Of a stretch of 64,000 bases of DNA, positions 9,936-19,511 are shown one piece after another. The DNA lies in NCBI GenBank assembly GCA_038861545.1, contig JAWCCZ010000004.1, positions 64,001 through 128,000 on the forward strand. Reading direction: 5' to 3'. The notes under the pieces were generated by a model, which saw nothing but the letters and a program-made list of their open reading frames with translations, was not told the origin of the DNA and did not search any database. The DNA comes from Thermofilaceae archaeon (lineage in GTDB: Archaea > Thermoproteota > Thermoprotei > Thermofilales > Thermofilaceae). Both the position numbers and the translations under genes were made by a program. The stretch's first letter is position 1. Each line of letters begins with the position of its first letter.

Positions 9936-10793
9936 ATGAATGAAATGAGTGGCTCGCTTGTAAGATGCAACGTAAGCTTGGCGTACAGTATTAATGACCC
10001 AGCCGGAAAAGGTATCGCAGAAGCGCTTAGAAAACTTACGGAGGCGAGACCCATTCAGGCGCCCTATGCTGTTGAAGCTTGGCTTCTACCCGCCTTCAAT
10101 GCGCTTCTAGCGGGGTTTGCAGAAGACGTTCTCTACTTTGAATTCTTGGACAAGGTTACTGAGTGTAGCTTTCATCTAATTCTATCAAGACATAGTAGCG
10201 AAGCTGGCATAAAGTCGCTTACAGTCCACCACCCCGGTAACCCAGTAAAGGAGGCTAAAGCGGGAGGACAACCACTAGAGCTTCCACCATCTAACCCTCA
10301 TTATACTAAAGTACTTCTTCTAAATCTTTTCGCTAGCAAAGACAAGCTAAAAAATTTCAAAGTAACATATGAAGTAACTCACCATGGTCCCTCGTCGCTT
10401 TGCCGACCAGTCACCTTCATTGAAATCGGAAGTAGCGAGAATGAATGGTTGCTTAAGGAGGCACATGAAGTAGTTGCGGAGGCAGTAATTGAAACTTTGG
10501 TTAGGCAACCACCCTACTGTGAACCGACAGTGGGAATTGGAGGGAATCATTATGCGGGGCTCTTCACTGAAAGAGCATTATCTACAAACGAGGCCTACGG
10601 CCACATGATCGCAAAATACGCGTTACGGGATCTCGAAAATCCCACATTAGTGGAGAAAATTATTGAGCTATCAGTTTTGAGGAGTTCTATAATAACTAAA
10701 AAACTTGTTGTCGAGGAGAAACTTCGTAAAGCTTGGAGGGAAGCTGCGGAAAGAGTCGCTGAGAAACATGATCTAGAGTTAACCTACATTTAA
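9936..10793 (+). CDS. dtdA: D-aminoacyl-tRNA deacylase (archaeal DTD2/DtdA)
   Basis: SRHSS, LTVHHPGN, YEVTHHGP, FIEIGS, GGNHY, GHMIAKY. Confidence 0.92.
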   Translation: MNEMSGSLVRCNVSLAYSINDPAGKGIAEALRKLTEARPIQAPYAVEAWLLPAFNALLAGFAEDVLYFEFLDKVTECSFHLILSRHSSEAGIKSLTVHHPGNPVKEAKAGGQPLELPPSNPHYTKVLLLNLFASKDKLKNFKVTYEVTHHGPSSLCRPVTFIEIGSSENEWLLKEAHEVVAEAVIETLVRQPPYCEPTVGIGGNHYAGLFTERALSTNEAYGHMIAKYALRDLENPTLVEKIIELSVLRSSIITKKLVVEEKLRKAWREAAERVAEKHDLELTYI

Positions 10794-10833
10794 CAGCCGC
10801 ACTTTTAAATACGACTGTACAACTCTCACTTAT

Positions 10834-11565
10834 GTGTACTTGAGGATACTTTTCGAGGAAGGTAAAGGGGACCTGGTGGCTTGGATCGATCAGGAGATAA
10901 CAGTTTTACCTTTGGAAAGTATTGCTAGAAAGTGGAAACATGAAATTTTCTTTGAAGTACCTATTGAAATTGGTAAGGAAGGGGTTGGAACCATAGAGAA
11001 GGGGGATATAGCTTACTGGCCGCCTGGCAAAGCATTGTGCCTATTTTACGGCTTTAGTCAGCCTTATAGTCCTGTCATCAAGCTCGGCGCTCTTTTAGGA
11101 GTACCTGATTTATTGGCTACCGTTGAAGATAATGTAAAAGTCAGGGTTGATCAGTACACCGACTATGGTAGACATGGAGAGATCGCTAGAAACCTAAGAG
11201 AGGTGGGTCTTAAAGCGGCATCTCACACGTGGGAGGGGGATGAGTACATCGCGGTTTTAGTTGAGGGTGCTAATAGTCGAGTTGGAATCGAAGTTTCAGC
11301 CGAAGATTTTGGATTCCATGCCCAAACTCAGCCGATAGCATTTTTCGATAATGTTCCTTCAACGGTAGCGTTCGTCAAAACAGTTGCAAAGGATATCTAC
11401 CCCACAGGTGTTAAGCTTGATGTAGATGAGGAAGGTTACCTAGTGCTCTCAGGCTTTTTTCAGAGTGTCGATGAGCTAGCTAGAGGATTGAAAAGGATGC
11501 TCTCAACCTATATGTATGTTGAACGCTCCATGATATCTTTTTATGGAGTACGTAGACCTGTTTAA
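10834..11565 (+). CDS. cyclophilin-like fold (DUF369-type) protein with extra C-terminal domain
   Basis: LPLES...W..EIFF...GDIAYWPPGKALCLFYG motif in first about 105 aa; about 135-aa unassigned C-terminal domain. Confidence 0.75.
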   Translation: MYLRILFEEGKGDLVAWIDQEITVLPLESIARKWKHEIFFEVPIEIGKEGVGTIEKGDIAYWPPGKALCLFYGFSQPYSPVIKLGALLGVPDLLATVEDNVKVRVDQYTDYGRHGEIARNLREVGLKAASHTWEGDEYIAVLVEGANSRVGIEVSAEDFGFHAQTQPIAFFDNVPSTVAFVKTVAKDIYPTGVKLDVDEEGYLVLSGFFQSVDELARGLKRMLSTYMYVERSMISFYGVRRPV

Positions 11566-11570
11566 GCAGA

Positions 11571-12476
11571 CTAAAAGGCTCTTAGCACGTGGGGGATCAT
11601 TAACTTAGTACTTTCAAATGGGTCAACAAATCCTATTAAACTGATTTCGATATTCAAATTCTTACGTTCTCTTACTTCAAAAAGCGTTTTCAAGAAAGCG
11701 TAAACGTCATCTACATCAAATAAAACAAAAGCTGAAACTCTGTTCACTTTAGGAACTACAATGTATGCTTCCTCAACTTTGAGAAACATAGCTACGGTGG
11801 ATTCGTCATGTGCTTTCATCTCGGCTAGCAATAAAGGTTTGGTGTAAAACCCTTCTAAAGCTGGATCTATAAAGATTCTCAGAAGAGGTTTAACATGCTT
11901 CCTATAATGATATGATAACCTGCTTTTACTAACATCTGGCAAAGCTCTAGAAATGGAGTTTGATAAATCTTCGTTGAGAACTTCTATAATTGCTATATCA
12001 TCTTTATCAATTCTTGTACGAGGTGGCTCAGGTAGCTTAAAATCTCCTTCCACCTTAATTTCTGCAAGCTTCAGTTGCGGCGCTGCTGGGATTACGTCAA
12101 AAACTTCAAATATACTTGAATTAGGAGGCAGTAAGACTTTAAACTCGTTAAACATCTCGCGTGGAACTAAGTAAACTGCTGCTTCTCCTCGTGTTCCATT
12201 TAACATGTAAACCGACAACTTGGCTATAGTGTTGGTGTTTAAGGGAAGAGAACCTTTAGCTGAGAAAACAAAAAACACTCGTCCCAGTGCCGCGAACGAT
12301 GGTAACGCACGTATTCTAAAACCTCTTCCCCTTAAGCTATTAAGCACTTCGTAGACATACTGCCTAGAAACACGTGCGATTCTAGCGGCTTCAGCAGCAT
12401 TGCCGTGTGTCTCGATGAAAGCAGCTAAAACCTTCTTTTTACTCGTACTGATATTGAAACCCCGGTTTTGGTACAA
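11571..12476 (-). CDS. tandem helix-turn-helix transcription regulator (Lrp/AsnC-like)
   Basis: HTH AAEAARIARVSRQYVYEVL and second IDKDDIAII...VSKSRLSYHY; start moved to TTG 12476 after a GGTGA SD, which avoids overlap with the divergent gene. Confidence 0.6.
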   Translation of the reverse strand: MYQNRGFNISTSKKKVLAAFIETHGNAAEAARIARVSRQYVYEVLNSLRGRGFRIRALPSFAALGRVFFVFSAKGSLPLNTNTIAKLSVYMLNGTRGEAAVYLVPREMFNEFKVLLPPNSSIFEVFDVIPAAPQLKLAEIKVEGDFKLPEPPRTRIDKDDIAIIEVLNEDLSNSISRALPDVSKSRLSYHYRKHVKPLLRIFIDPALEGFYTKPLLLAEMKAHDESTVAMFLKVEEAYIVVPKVNRVSAFVLFDVDDVYAFLKTLFEVRERKNLNIEISLIGFVDPFESTKLMIPHVLRAF

Positions 12477-12546
12477 ACCATTCACCCGTTGAGTAAGCAG
12501 AAAAGAAAAACAACACATAAAAACCTCTTGCAAATTGCCCATCTTG

Positions 12547-12900
12547 ATGTCCGAAGAAGAAATGTTCGACCAGTTCGATAAAATGGTATTAGCAGGTATC
12601 GTACAAGAATACTTTGGCAGCATACTGTTTTCTAGAGGTGGTATGAGCCAGCATGAGTTTGTCGCCAGAGCCATAGCTGAGTTAACCGGCGCTCAGCAGG
12701 GTACAACTGAATATGAAGAACTCGTCAAAAGACTCTTAAAATCTGTTCAAAAACTTGCTGAATGGGGGCTTCTGGATCTTAGAGAGTATGAAGTAAAACT
12801 GACGGCATGGGGGCAGAGCGTAGCAAATTCAATAAGCGGTGATGAATTCAATAAAATAAAATCCGAGTTAGCTAAAATAGGGAGCCGGAAACGCAGGTGA
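12547..12900 (+). CDS. winged-helix domain hypothetical protein
   Basis: VQKLAEWGLL...VKLTAWG winged-helix signature; ATG 12547 about 25 nt after a TATA-like box. Confidence 0.65.
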   Translation: MSEEEMFDQFDKMVLAGIVQEYFGSILFSRGGMSQHEFVARAIAELTGAQQGTTEYEELVKRLLKSVQKLAEWGLLDLREYEVKLTAWGQSVANSISGDEFNKIKSELAKIGSRKRR

Positions 12901-13875
12901 TTAGATATCTACTTTGATTCCTTGCTCTCGTAAGAAAGCTTCTAACTCGCTCCTTCGGGGCATTCCAGACGTTGCTCCACGCTTAGTGCACTTAATGCCT
13001 GCTATGGCATTAGCCAGCATAGTGGCCTCCTCAAGGCTTCTCTCCTCTATAAGTTTGAAAACTATGAAACCAGCTGCCCATGCATCACCCGCTCCCGTTG
13101 TATCAACTACTTGAACCTTAAAAGCCTTGGAAAAGACTTCTTCACCGTTTCTGTTAGCGACGTAGGCTCCTTTTGAACCTAACCTTATTGCCACGTACTC
13201 CAACCGGCTGTTACAGGAAAACAAAAACCTAGCTGCCTGTACGTGATCCTCTGTTCCGAAGAGGGGAAGCATTTCGTCGTAACCGAACATCGCTACATCC
13301 GTGTAATTTAAAGCCTTATTAACGACTTCCTTTGCGGCCCATTGTGCGTTTGACCATATATCCGGCCTATAGTTAGGGTCTAAGGACACGTGAATACCCT
13401 CTTCAGCTGCGACTTTTATAACCTCAAGTATAGTATCGCGGAGCGGGGGTTGGGATAAAGCTACCCCGGATACATGAATTACACGTGATTTTTTAACCGC
13501 GCTCCAATCAATGTCTTCCACGGATAATAAAGCGTCCGCAGTCAACGCCCAAGGCGGTCTATAAAAGAAGAACTCCCTCTCCCCGTCCGGTTTAGCTGTC
13601 ACAAAAGCAAGGCTTGTCCTAGCACTTTTTCTGGCTACCCATCTTTCAAAAACCTTTTCCATCCTCAGGTACTCAATCAACATATCTCCAAGAGGATCAT
13701 TTCCAACGGCTCCCAAGAACGCGCTTTTGACGCCAAGCCTAGATACACCAATAGCAACGTTAGCTGGCGCACCGCCAAAGTGTACCTCAATGACTTCTCC
13801 CTCTTGGTAGCGGCCTACTTCTCTTGGTATTAAATCCACTAGTATTTCACCTGTGCATATTACTGGAATATCCAT
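12901..13875 (-). CDS. PfkB family carbohydrate kinase (fructokinase/KDG kinase-like)
   Basis: GGAPANVA, DPNYR, VVDTTGAGDAW; start could alternatively be GTG 13884 or 13905. Confidence 0.92.
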   Translation of the reverse strand: MDIPVICTGEILVDLIPREVGRYQEGEVIEVHFGGAPANVAIGVSRLGVKSAFLGAVGNDPLGDMLIEYLRMEKVFERWVARKSARTSLAFVTAKPDGEREFFFYRPPWALTADALLSVEDIDWSAVKKSRVIHVSGVALSQPPLRDTILEVIKVAAEEGIHVSLDPNYRPDIWSNAQWAAKEVVNKALNYTDVAMFGYDEMLPLFGTEDHVQAARFLFSCNSRLEYVAIRLGSKGAYVANRNGEEVFSKAFKVQVVDTTGAGDAWAAGFIVFKLIEERSLEEATMLANAIAGIKCTKRGATSGMPRRSELEAFLREQGIKVDI

Positions 13876-13979
13876 ACGTGACACTCGGTTTTTAACCGAT
13901 CTCACGGCTTTAAATAAGTAAAGTTGGGGAAACTTTATATTTGAAAGTTCATTTCCCTGTGGACGGAAAGGGGGTTAAA

Positions 13980-14423
13980 ATGCTTGGCTTTAACAGGAAC
14001 GCGCGGGCAGCTACTGAAGCCCTGCTGGTTATAGCGTACTTGCTTATTTCAGCTGGATTACCCCGAAGTAGCGCTATTGTGTTAGCAGCGCTATATTTGT
14101 TCAGTCAACCTCTCAGCAGTAAAGAGTTAATTCGGATTACCGGCTATAGTAAGTCCGCAATTTCAGCCGCTACCAGAATGCTTGAAAGTAAACGCTTGAT
14201 TGCTAGATGCAAGCATGGAAGGGAATTCGCCTACAAGCCTCAAACAACATTAGGGAAGGCCCTGCTTGAACTACATGCTAGTATATTGGAAAGGGCTAGG
14301 AGGCATGTAGCCATTTTACTTAAAAACAATAATCTTTTGCACGAGCTTAATCTCGCTTCGATTGAAAATGAGCTTAACTCACTTCTCAATAAATTCGCTG
14401 GTGAGTTGAATGAAAGAAACTAA
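13980..14423 (+). CDS. GbsR/MarR family transcription regulator
   Basis: GLPRS...LYL...PLS..EL...TGYSKSAISAATRMLE wHTH. Confidence 0.75.
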   Translation: MLGFNRNARAATEALLVIAYLLISAGLPRSSAIVLAALYLFSQPLSSKELIRITGYSKSAISAATRMLESKRLIARCKHGREFAYKPQTTLGKALLELHASILERARRHVAILLKNNNLLHELNLASIENELNSLLNKFAGELNERN

Positions 14424-14613
14424 GATAATCCTACGAAAAAACGCGGATGAAACTACCAATCTCTTAGCTGTAAGCTCCGAAGCTCAGAGAATCATCATAG
14501 TAGTAGAAGCAGATGATAAAACTTCCGCTATAGAGAAGCTCAGGGATTTCCTTCTATCTAACATAGACAAAACGATCGTAGTTTACGCCAGTAACTTAGG
14601 TGGAGAGGGATGA
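14410..14613 (+). CDS. small hypothetical protein
   Basis: GGTGA SD; overlaps both neighbours (ATGA coupling to the radical SAM gene). Confidence 0.6.
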   Translation: MKETKIILRKNADETTNLLAVSSEAQRIIIVVEADDKTSAIEKLRDFLLSNIDKTIVVYASNLGGEG

Positions 14614-16169
14614 ATTTTGACGTAATTATAACATCGGATAGGACGATGATGAGCAATCACCACGGTAAGGAGTTCCTAGGCTTTATAGCTACGGGTCCTC
14701 CTCTTGGTTTACCAGAGCATCTCTGGATGTGGATGTGCGCACCAAAACCAAAGGTAGATAAAATGGGGAGACCACTAGAGGCCCCTTACGGCTTAAGAAA
14801 AATCGAAGCTTCACTGATAAATGCTGGGATTAATGCAGCTGTAATCGATCCCGACTACCTGAATAGATATCTCAAGCACGCTAAAATTCTCATGGTAGGG
14901 CATCACGACTTCTTCGCTATGTGTTCTCCAAGCATAGAGTGGTGGCTGATCACCGGTTCAGAACCCCTCAACAGTAGAAGCTTCAAAAGGTTTATGCGTA
15001 AACCGGAGATCAGAGAAGCGAAAAAGCATGGGCTCAAAATTATTGTTGGAGGACCTGCGGCTTGGCAATGGTTATGGAGAACTGATTACTGGCGAGAATT
15101 TGGAGTAGATACAGTCGTAGAAGGCGAGGCTGATAAAGTTATAGTAGAGCTGGCAAATAAGGTGTTTAACGGAGAAGATCTTCCGCTCTACGTTTATGTT
15201 GGCCCAGGAGATTCGCCTTCATTGAATGAAATACCAGATATTAAAGGTGCAAGCGTTAATGGACTTATAGAGATTACCAGGGGGTGCCCCCGGAAATGCA
15301 GGTTCTGCTCGGTAACGTTAAGGCCGCTCCGCCACTATCCGCTCGATAAAATTGAAAGAGAAATTCGGGTTAATGTACATGCCGGATTGAAGAACTGTAT
15401 CTTTCATTCAGAAGATGTACTTATGTACGGCTCTATAGGCATTGAGCCTAATCTAGATTTACTTATTCAGTTACATAAACTCGCTAAAAAATACTGTAAG
15501 ATTGTCACGTGGAGCCATGCTACACTAGCATTGGTGAAGTATTCTCAGGAGAAGTACAACTTAATCAGCCGATTAACTGAGATCCTGTACGACGATAATC
15601 AAGAGTGGATTGGAGTAGAAGTTGGTATCGAAACCGGCTCCTCGAGACTTGTTGGAGAAATAATGCCGGCTAAAGCTGCCCCCTATCCAGTCAGCAAGTG
15701 GCCAGAAGTGGTGAGAGATGCTTTCGCTATTATGCACGAGCACAAGATTGTGCCGGCGGCCACTCTAATTCTGGGGCTCCCCAACGAACAAGAAGAAGAT
15801 ACTACTGCTACGCTGGAATTGCTTGACGAGTTAAGCGGTTATCGAAGCATTATTGTACCAATGTTCTTTGTCCCACTAGGCTCACTTAAAGATAAAGCTT
15901 GGTTCCTCAGGAATCATTTAACCGATCAGCATGTGGAAATCCTCAGGAAATGCCTTTGGCATTCGATAAAGTGGGCGGAGGATATATTATCTAACATGTA
16001 CTTAAAAGGGGTGTACTATGCGCCACTTAAAACCCTTTTGAAGTTCTTTATAGCTTACGTGAAAAAGAAAGGAAAAGAAGCTGAGAAAACTCTGGTAAAG
16101 TTACGCCATGAAGAAGTTGCCCAACCGAAATTTAAAAACCAGTTGTTACCCACCTTAACTCCTATTTAG
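14610..16169 (+). CDS. B12-binding domain radical SAM protein
   Basis: CPRKCRFC (CxxxCxxC); N-terminal APYGLRK/IIVGG/VVEGEAD B12-binding-like region; GIETGS. Confidence 0.88.
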   Translation: MNFDVIITSDRTMMSNHHGKEFLGFIATGPPLGLPEHLWMWMCAPKPKVDKMGRPLEAPYGLRKIEASLINAGINAAVIDPDYLNRYLKHAKILMVGHHDFFAMCSPSIEWWLITGSEPLNSRSFKRFMRKPEIREAKKHGLKIIVGGPAAWQWLWRTDYWREFGVDTVVEGEADKVIVELANKVFNGEDLPLYVYVGPGDSPSLNEIPDIKGASVNGLIEITRGCPRKCRFCSVTLRPLRHYPLDKIEREIRVNVHAGLKNCIFHSEDVLMYGSIGIEPNLDLLIQLHKLAKKYCKIVTWSHATLALVKYSQEKYNLISRLTEILYDDNQEWIGVEVGIETGSSRLVGEIMPAKAAPYPVSKWPEVVRDAFAIMHEHKIVPAATLILGLPNEQEEDTTATLELLDELSGYRSIIVPMFFVPLGSLKDKAWFLRNHLTDQHVEILRKCLWHSIKWAEDILSNMYLKGVYYAPLKTLLKFFIAYVKKKGKEAEKTLVKLRHEEVAQPKFKNQLLPTLTPI

Positions 16170-16183
16170 TATAGCTCACATAT

Positions 16184-17617
16184 TTAATATCTGAAACATA
16201 GGTCTACAATTAAGCTAGGGTAAGTACCTAAAACAATTAAAAGCAACGCTAGAACAAGCGGGGCAATCTGGATTATAGATAACCTATTTTCATGAGTTTC
16301 GAATCCCTTAGTAGTACCATAAAATACCTTTTTGAAAGTCGACAACCCATATGCCGCGGTAAGAGTAGACGAAACCAGTAATACAATACCCATTATAAAA
16401 CCGAAATACCCGCTATTTAGGCTAGTAGTAAATACTCCAAAAAATATCTCGAGTTCTGCCCAGAATCCTAGTGTGGGCGGTATTCCTGAAAGGCATAGGA
16501 ACCCGATAAACGCAGAAATAGCTGCTAAAGGCATGCGATCCGCTAAACCACCTAGCTTATCAATTAGCCTAGTATTCGTTTCCCTCTCTATGCACCCGGA
16601 TACCATGAACAACAAAGACTTAGCTATAGAATGTGCTATGAACATAAATGCAGCACTAGCTATGCCTACTTCGGCTCCACTGGTTATACCGAGTAACGCG
16701 TAACCGCTCTGGCTTACACTAGAGAACGCTAGCACTCTTTTTATATCTCTTTGAGATAAAGCCGCTAAACTTCCATAAATCATCGTCACGGCGGCCATTA
16801 CCATTAAGGTAGTCCTTAGGGGAGAAACTTCAAATGCATCCGGTGCAGAAAAAAGGAGAATCTTAGTTAAAGCCCAGTTGCCTATTCCGACTGCAAGCGT
16901 TAATTGTATCGAAACAGGTGTTGGAGCTTCGGAGTGTGCATCGGGCAGCCATGCATGCAATGGAAACAAAGCAGACTTCACTAGAGGTCCCGCAATTAAA
17001 AGCGATAGAGGAGCGATTACATCACTGGGAACCGCATTTTTTAAGACTTCTTTTAATTCTACAAACGCTAGAGTATGATACTGATCATATATTAACGCTA
17101 TACCAGCCATCGTAACGAGGGCACCTGCTTCAGTAAATAAAAGATACTTAAAACTGATACTTTTTGCTTCAGTTCCACCCCAGTAAAGGAGGAGAAGCCA
17201 TGAAGGTATGAGGAAAAACTCATAGAAGAGGAAGAACGTGGTTAAACTCCCAGAGAGCACCACTCCTACTAACGAAGAAGATGCTACTAAGTAGAGCGCC
17301 AGGAAAACGCTTGGATTCTCGAAATGATACATATAGCTAGATGCGTAAATCACCGAAAATGTGCAAATAATAAGTACTGTCAAAGCATAAATCACGTTGA
17401 AACCATCTCCCTCCAAAGTTATCAGGTATAGAGTAGGTTCAATATCGTAAACCTCCCGATTTGAAAAACCCTCATAAGCCTTTATGGCCTCTGGTACCAT
17501 AATAGAAATGGCTAAAATTAAAGAGGACACTGCTATAAACCCTCCTTTTCTCCAGTCCTTTGTCGCAAGCAATAAAGGAGCCGTTATCAGAGGCGCTACT
17601 ATGGAAGCCAGTAGCAT
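16184..17617 (-). CDS. proton-conducting antiporter-like subunit (NuoM-like)
   Basis: FYEFFLIP, VKSALFPLHAWLPDAHSEAPTP, KRVLAFSS, GFWAE. Confidence 0.88.
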   Translation of the reverse strand: MLLASIVAPLITAPLLLATKDWRKGGFIAVSSLILAISIMVPEAIKAYEGFSNREVYDIEPTLYLITLEGDGFNVIYALTVLIICTFSVIYASSYMYHFENPSVFLALYLVASSSLVGVVLSGSLTTFFLFYEFFLIPSWLLLLYWGGTEAKSISFKYLLFTEAGALVTMAGIALIYDQYHTLAFVELKEVLKNAVPSDVIAPLSLLIAGPLVKSALFPLHAWLPDAHSEAPTPVSIQLTLAVGIGNWALTKILLFSAPDAFEVSPLRTTLMVMAAVTMIYGSLAALSQRDIKRVLAFSSVSQSGYALLGITSGAEVGIASAAFMFIAHSIAKSLLFMVSGCIERETNTRLIDKLGGLADRMPLAAISAFIGFLCLSGIPPTLGFWAELEIFFGVFTTSLNSGYFGFIMGIVLLVSSTLTAAYGLSTFKKVFYGTTKGFETHENRLSIIQIAPLVLALLLIVLGTYPSLIVDLCFRY

Positions 17618-17621
17618 TTTC

Positions 17622-19511
17622 TCACCTAAATATTACTAATAAAGCTAGGATTAACGCTCCCCCAACTATCCATAGAAGCTCTTCATGACTAAGTACTCCT
17701 GTTTGAAGAACTTTGAGTTTTTCCCCAAGCTTATTAACACCTGCTACACTCGAGAGAAGAAAACTTGTGTAAAGTTTATCAAAAAACCCCACGTATGTTC
17801 CTGTAGATGTAATACCTCCCGCGATTAAATAATATATAGTATTTAGATAAAGTCTACGTTTAAGTGCATATCTGAAGGGTTCTAGAAAGCTTGGAAAACA
17901 AAATATCTTTAAATAAAACAAAACCGCAAGTGTCGTCCCAGCTGCAGCTACGCTTAACGTGAAATAGGTATATGCTAAGCTACCTGCCTCTGTGACATTA
18001 AATGTTGAATATAAAACCTCTTCGAATGTTGGTCCTAGTAGCCCTAGAATTAAACAAGCTGTCGCTAGGGAGGCACATGGCACAAGCATAGCCAGCTTTA
18101 AACCCTCATGAGTGTAAATAATTTGCTTTACCCCGACTCCAAAAATTAAAATCAGCATTCTTACAGTGTAAAAAGCTGTGATACCTACAGTCGTAATAGC
18201 CAGTAAAGCTGCCACAGTATTAGTTTTTACGATGCCGGCTAGCACAGCCTCTTTGCTCCAGAAACCCATTAGCGGTGGTATTCCTATTAGTGAAAACGCG
18301 GCAATAGCGAAGAAAGCATATAAGATTTTCATGTGCCTGCCAACACCTTTTAAATCCTCGTAAAAACGTGAACCTACAATGTGAATCATAACACCAGCGC
18401 ATAGAAAAAGTGTCGATTTGAAAACCGCGTGGCTAATTAAGTGAAAGAAAGTTGATGCCAGAGATTGTTCCCGGATTAAGCTGGCCGTTCCCAGACCCGC
18501 TAACATGTAACCAACTTGGCTTATGGTTGAATATGCCAATGTCTTTTTCAGCTCAGAAGTTGCAGTAGCTTGAAGCGCTGCAATGAAAGCAGTTAAAACT
18601 CCAATCCATAAGATGAACTCAAATAGTGAAGGTGAGTATGTCTCCAGACCCCATGCTAAAGCTATTTGAACCACGCGCGCTGTTAAGAATACACCCGCCT
18701 TCACCATAGTGGCAGCGTGAATAAGAGCGCTAGCGCTAGTTGGTCCAGCCATGGCATCCGGAAGCCACTCTGTTAAAGGTAACTGTGCGCTTTTTCCCAT
18801 AGCACCTATGAATAAAAGCGCTAATGCTATATGCAGTAGTTGATTACTCCTAATATCGAATGTAAGGAGCTCTGCAAAAGATGTAGTCTTAGCTATGATG
18901 GATAGCGTGATGATCCCGGCTACGATAAAAGTGTCACCGAGCCGTGTTACTAGGAAAGCCTTCAGACCGCAGTGAGAGGGCGGGTATTCTTCGGGGGGTT
19001 CACCTACCCATTTTACTCGCTTGTCCTCTTTCAAATCCTTATACCAATAACTAATCAGGGCAAAACTACATATGCCTACGATCTCCCAACCAAATAACAT
19101 TTGAATTAAATTTTCAGAAATAACCAGTAGCTCCATTCCACCAAGGAATAACAACATGAAAAACCAGTATCTATCAAGGCTTGAGTCATCCTTCATGTAT
19201 CCTAACGAATATATAAAAACCGCCAGGGAAATCCAAGCAACTACGTTTGACATTACAATGCTGCAAGTATCAATGTATAAGCCAAACTGTACCTTGCCGA
19301 AACCTGGTAAAAATACCCAATCGAATTTCAGTAATACTGGGGCTCTACTTAGCGTCTTCGGAAGCAAAGCTGCTGTAACGGCAGTTGCAGTGCATACAAG
19401 CAAGGGTGCGATGTCCCTGAAAAGTTTACTTATCTTGCTAAGTAAAGGTATAGAAACTGCACATAAAGTTGGCATTATCCAAAGAAGATTAATCCATTCG
19501 TACATACTCAC
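17622..19511 (-). CDS. proton-conducting antiporter-like subunit (NuoL-like)
   Basis: GWEIVG, TRLGD, GKSAQLPL..WLPDAMAGPT, HAATMVKAG, SHAVFK; C-terminal lateral helix and LQTG plus TM. Confidence 0.9.
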   Translation of the reverse strand: MSMYEWINLLWIMPTLCAVSIPLLSKISKLFRDIAPLLVCTATAVTAALLPKTLSRAPVLLKFDWVFLPGFGKVQFGLYIDTCSIVMSNVVAWISLAVFIYSLGYMKDDSSLDRYWFFMLLFLGGMELLVISENLIQMLFGWEIVGICSFALISYWYKDLKEDKRVKWVGEPPEEYPPSHCGLKAFLVTRLGDTFIVAGIITLSIIAKTTSFAELLTFDIRSNQLLHIALALLFIGAMGKSAQLPLTEWLPDAMAGPTSASALIHAATMVKAGVFLTARVVQIALAWGLETYSPSLFEFILWIGVLTAFIAALQATATSELKKTLAYSTISQVGYMLAGLGTASLIREQSLASTFFHLISHAVFKSTLFLCAGVMIHIVGSRFYEDLKGVGRHMKILYAFFAIAAFSLIGIPPLMGFWSKEAVLAGIVKTNTVAALLAITTVGITAFYTVRMLILIFGVGVKQIIYTHEGLKLAMLVPCASLATACLILGLLGPTFEEVLYSTFNVTEAGSLAYTYFTLSVAAAGTTLAVLFYLKIFCFPSFLEPFRYALKRRLYLNTIYYLIAGGITSTGTYVGFFDKLYTSFLLSSVAGVNKLGEKLKVLQTGVLSHEELLWIVGGALILALLVIFR

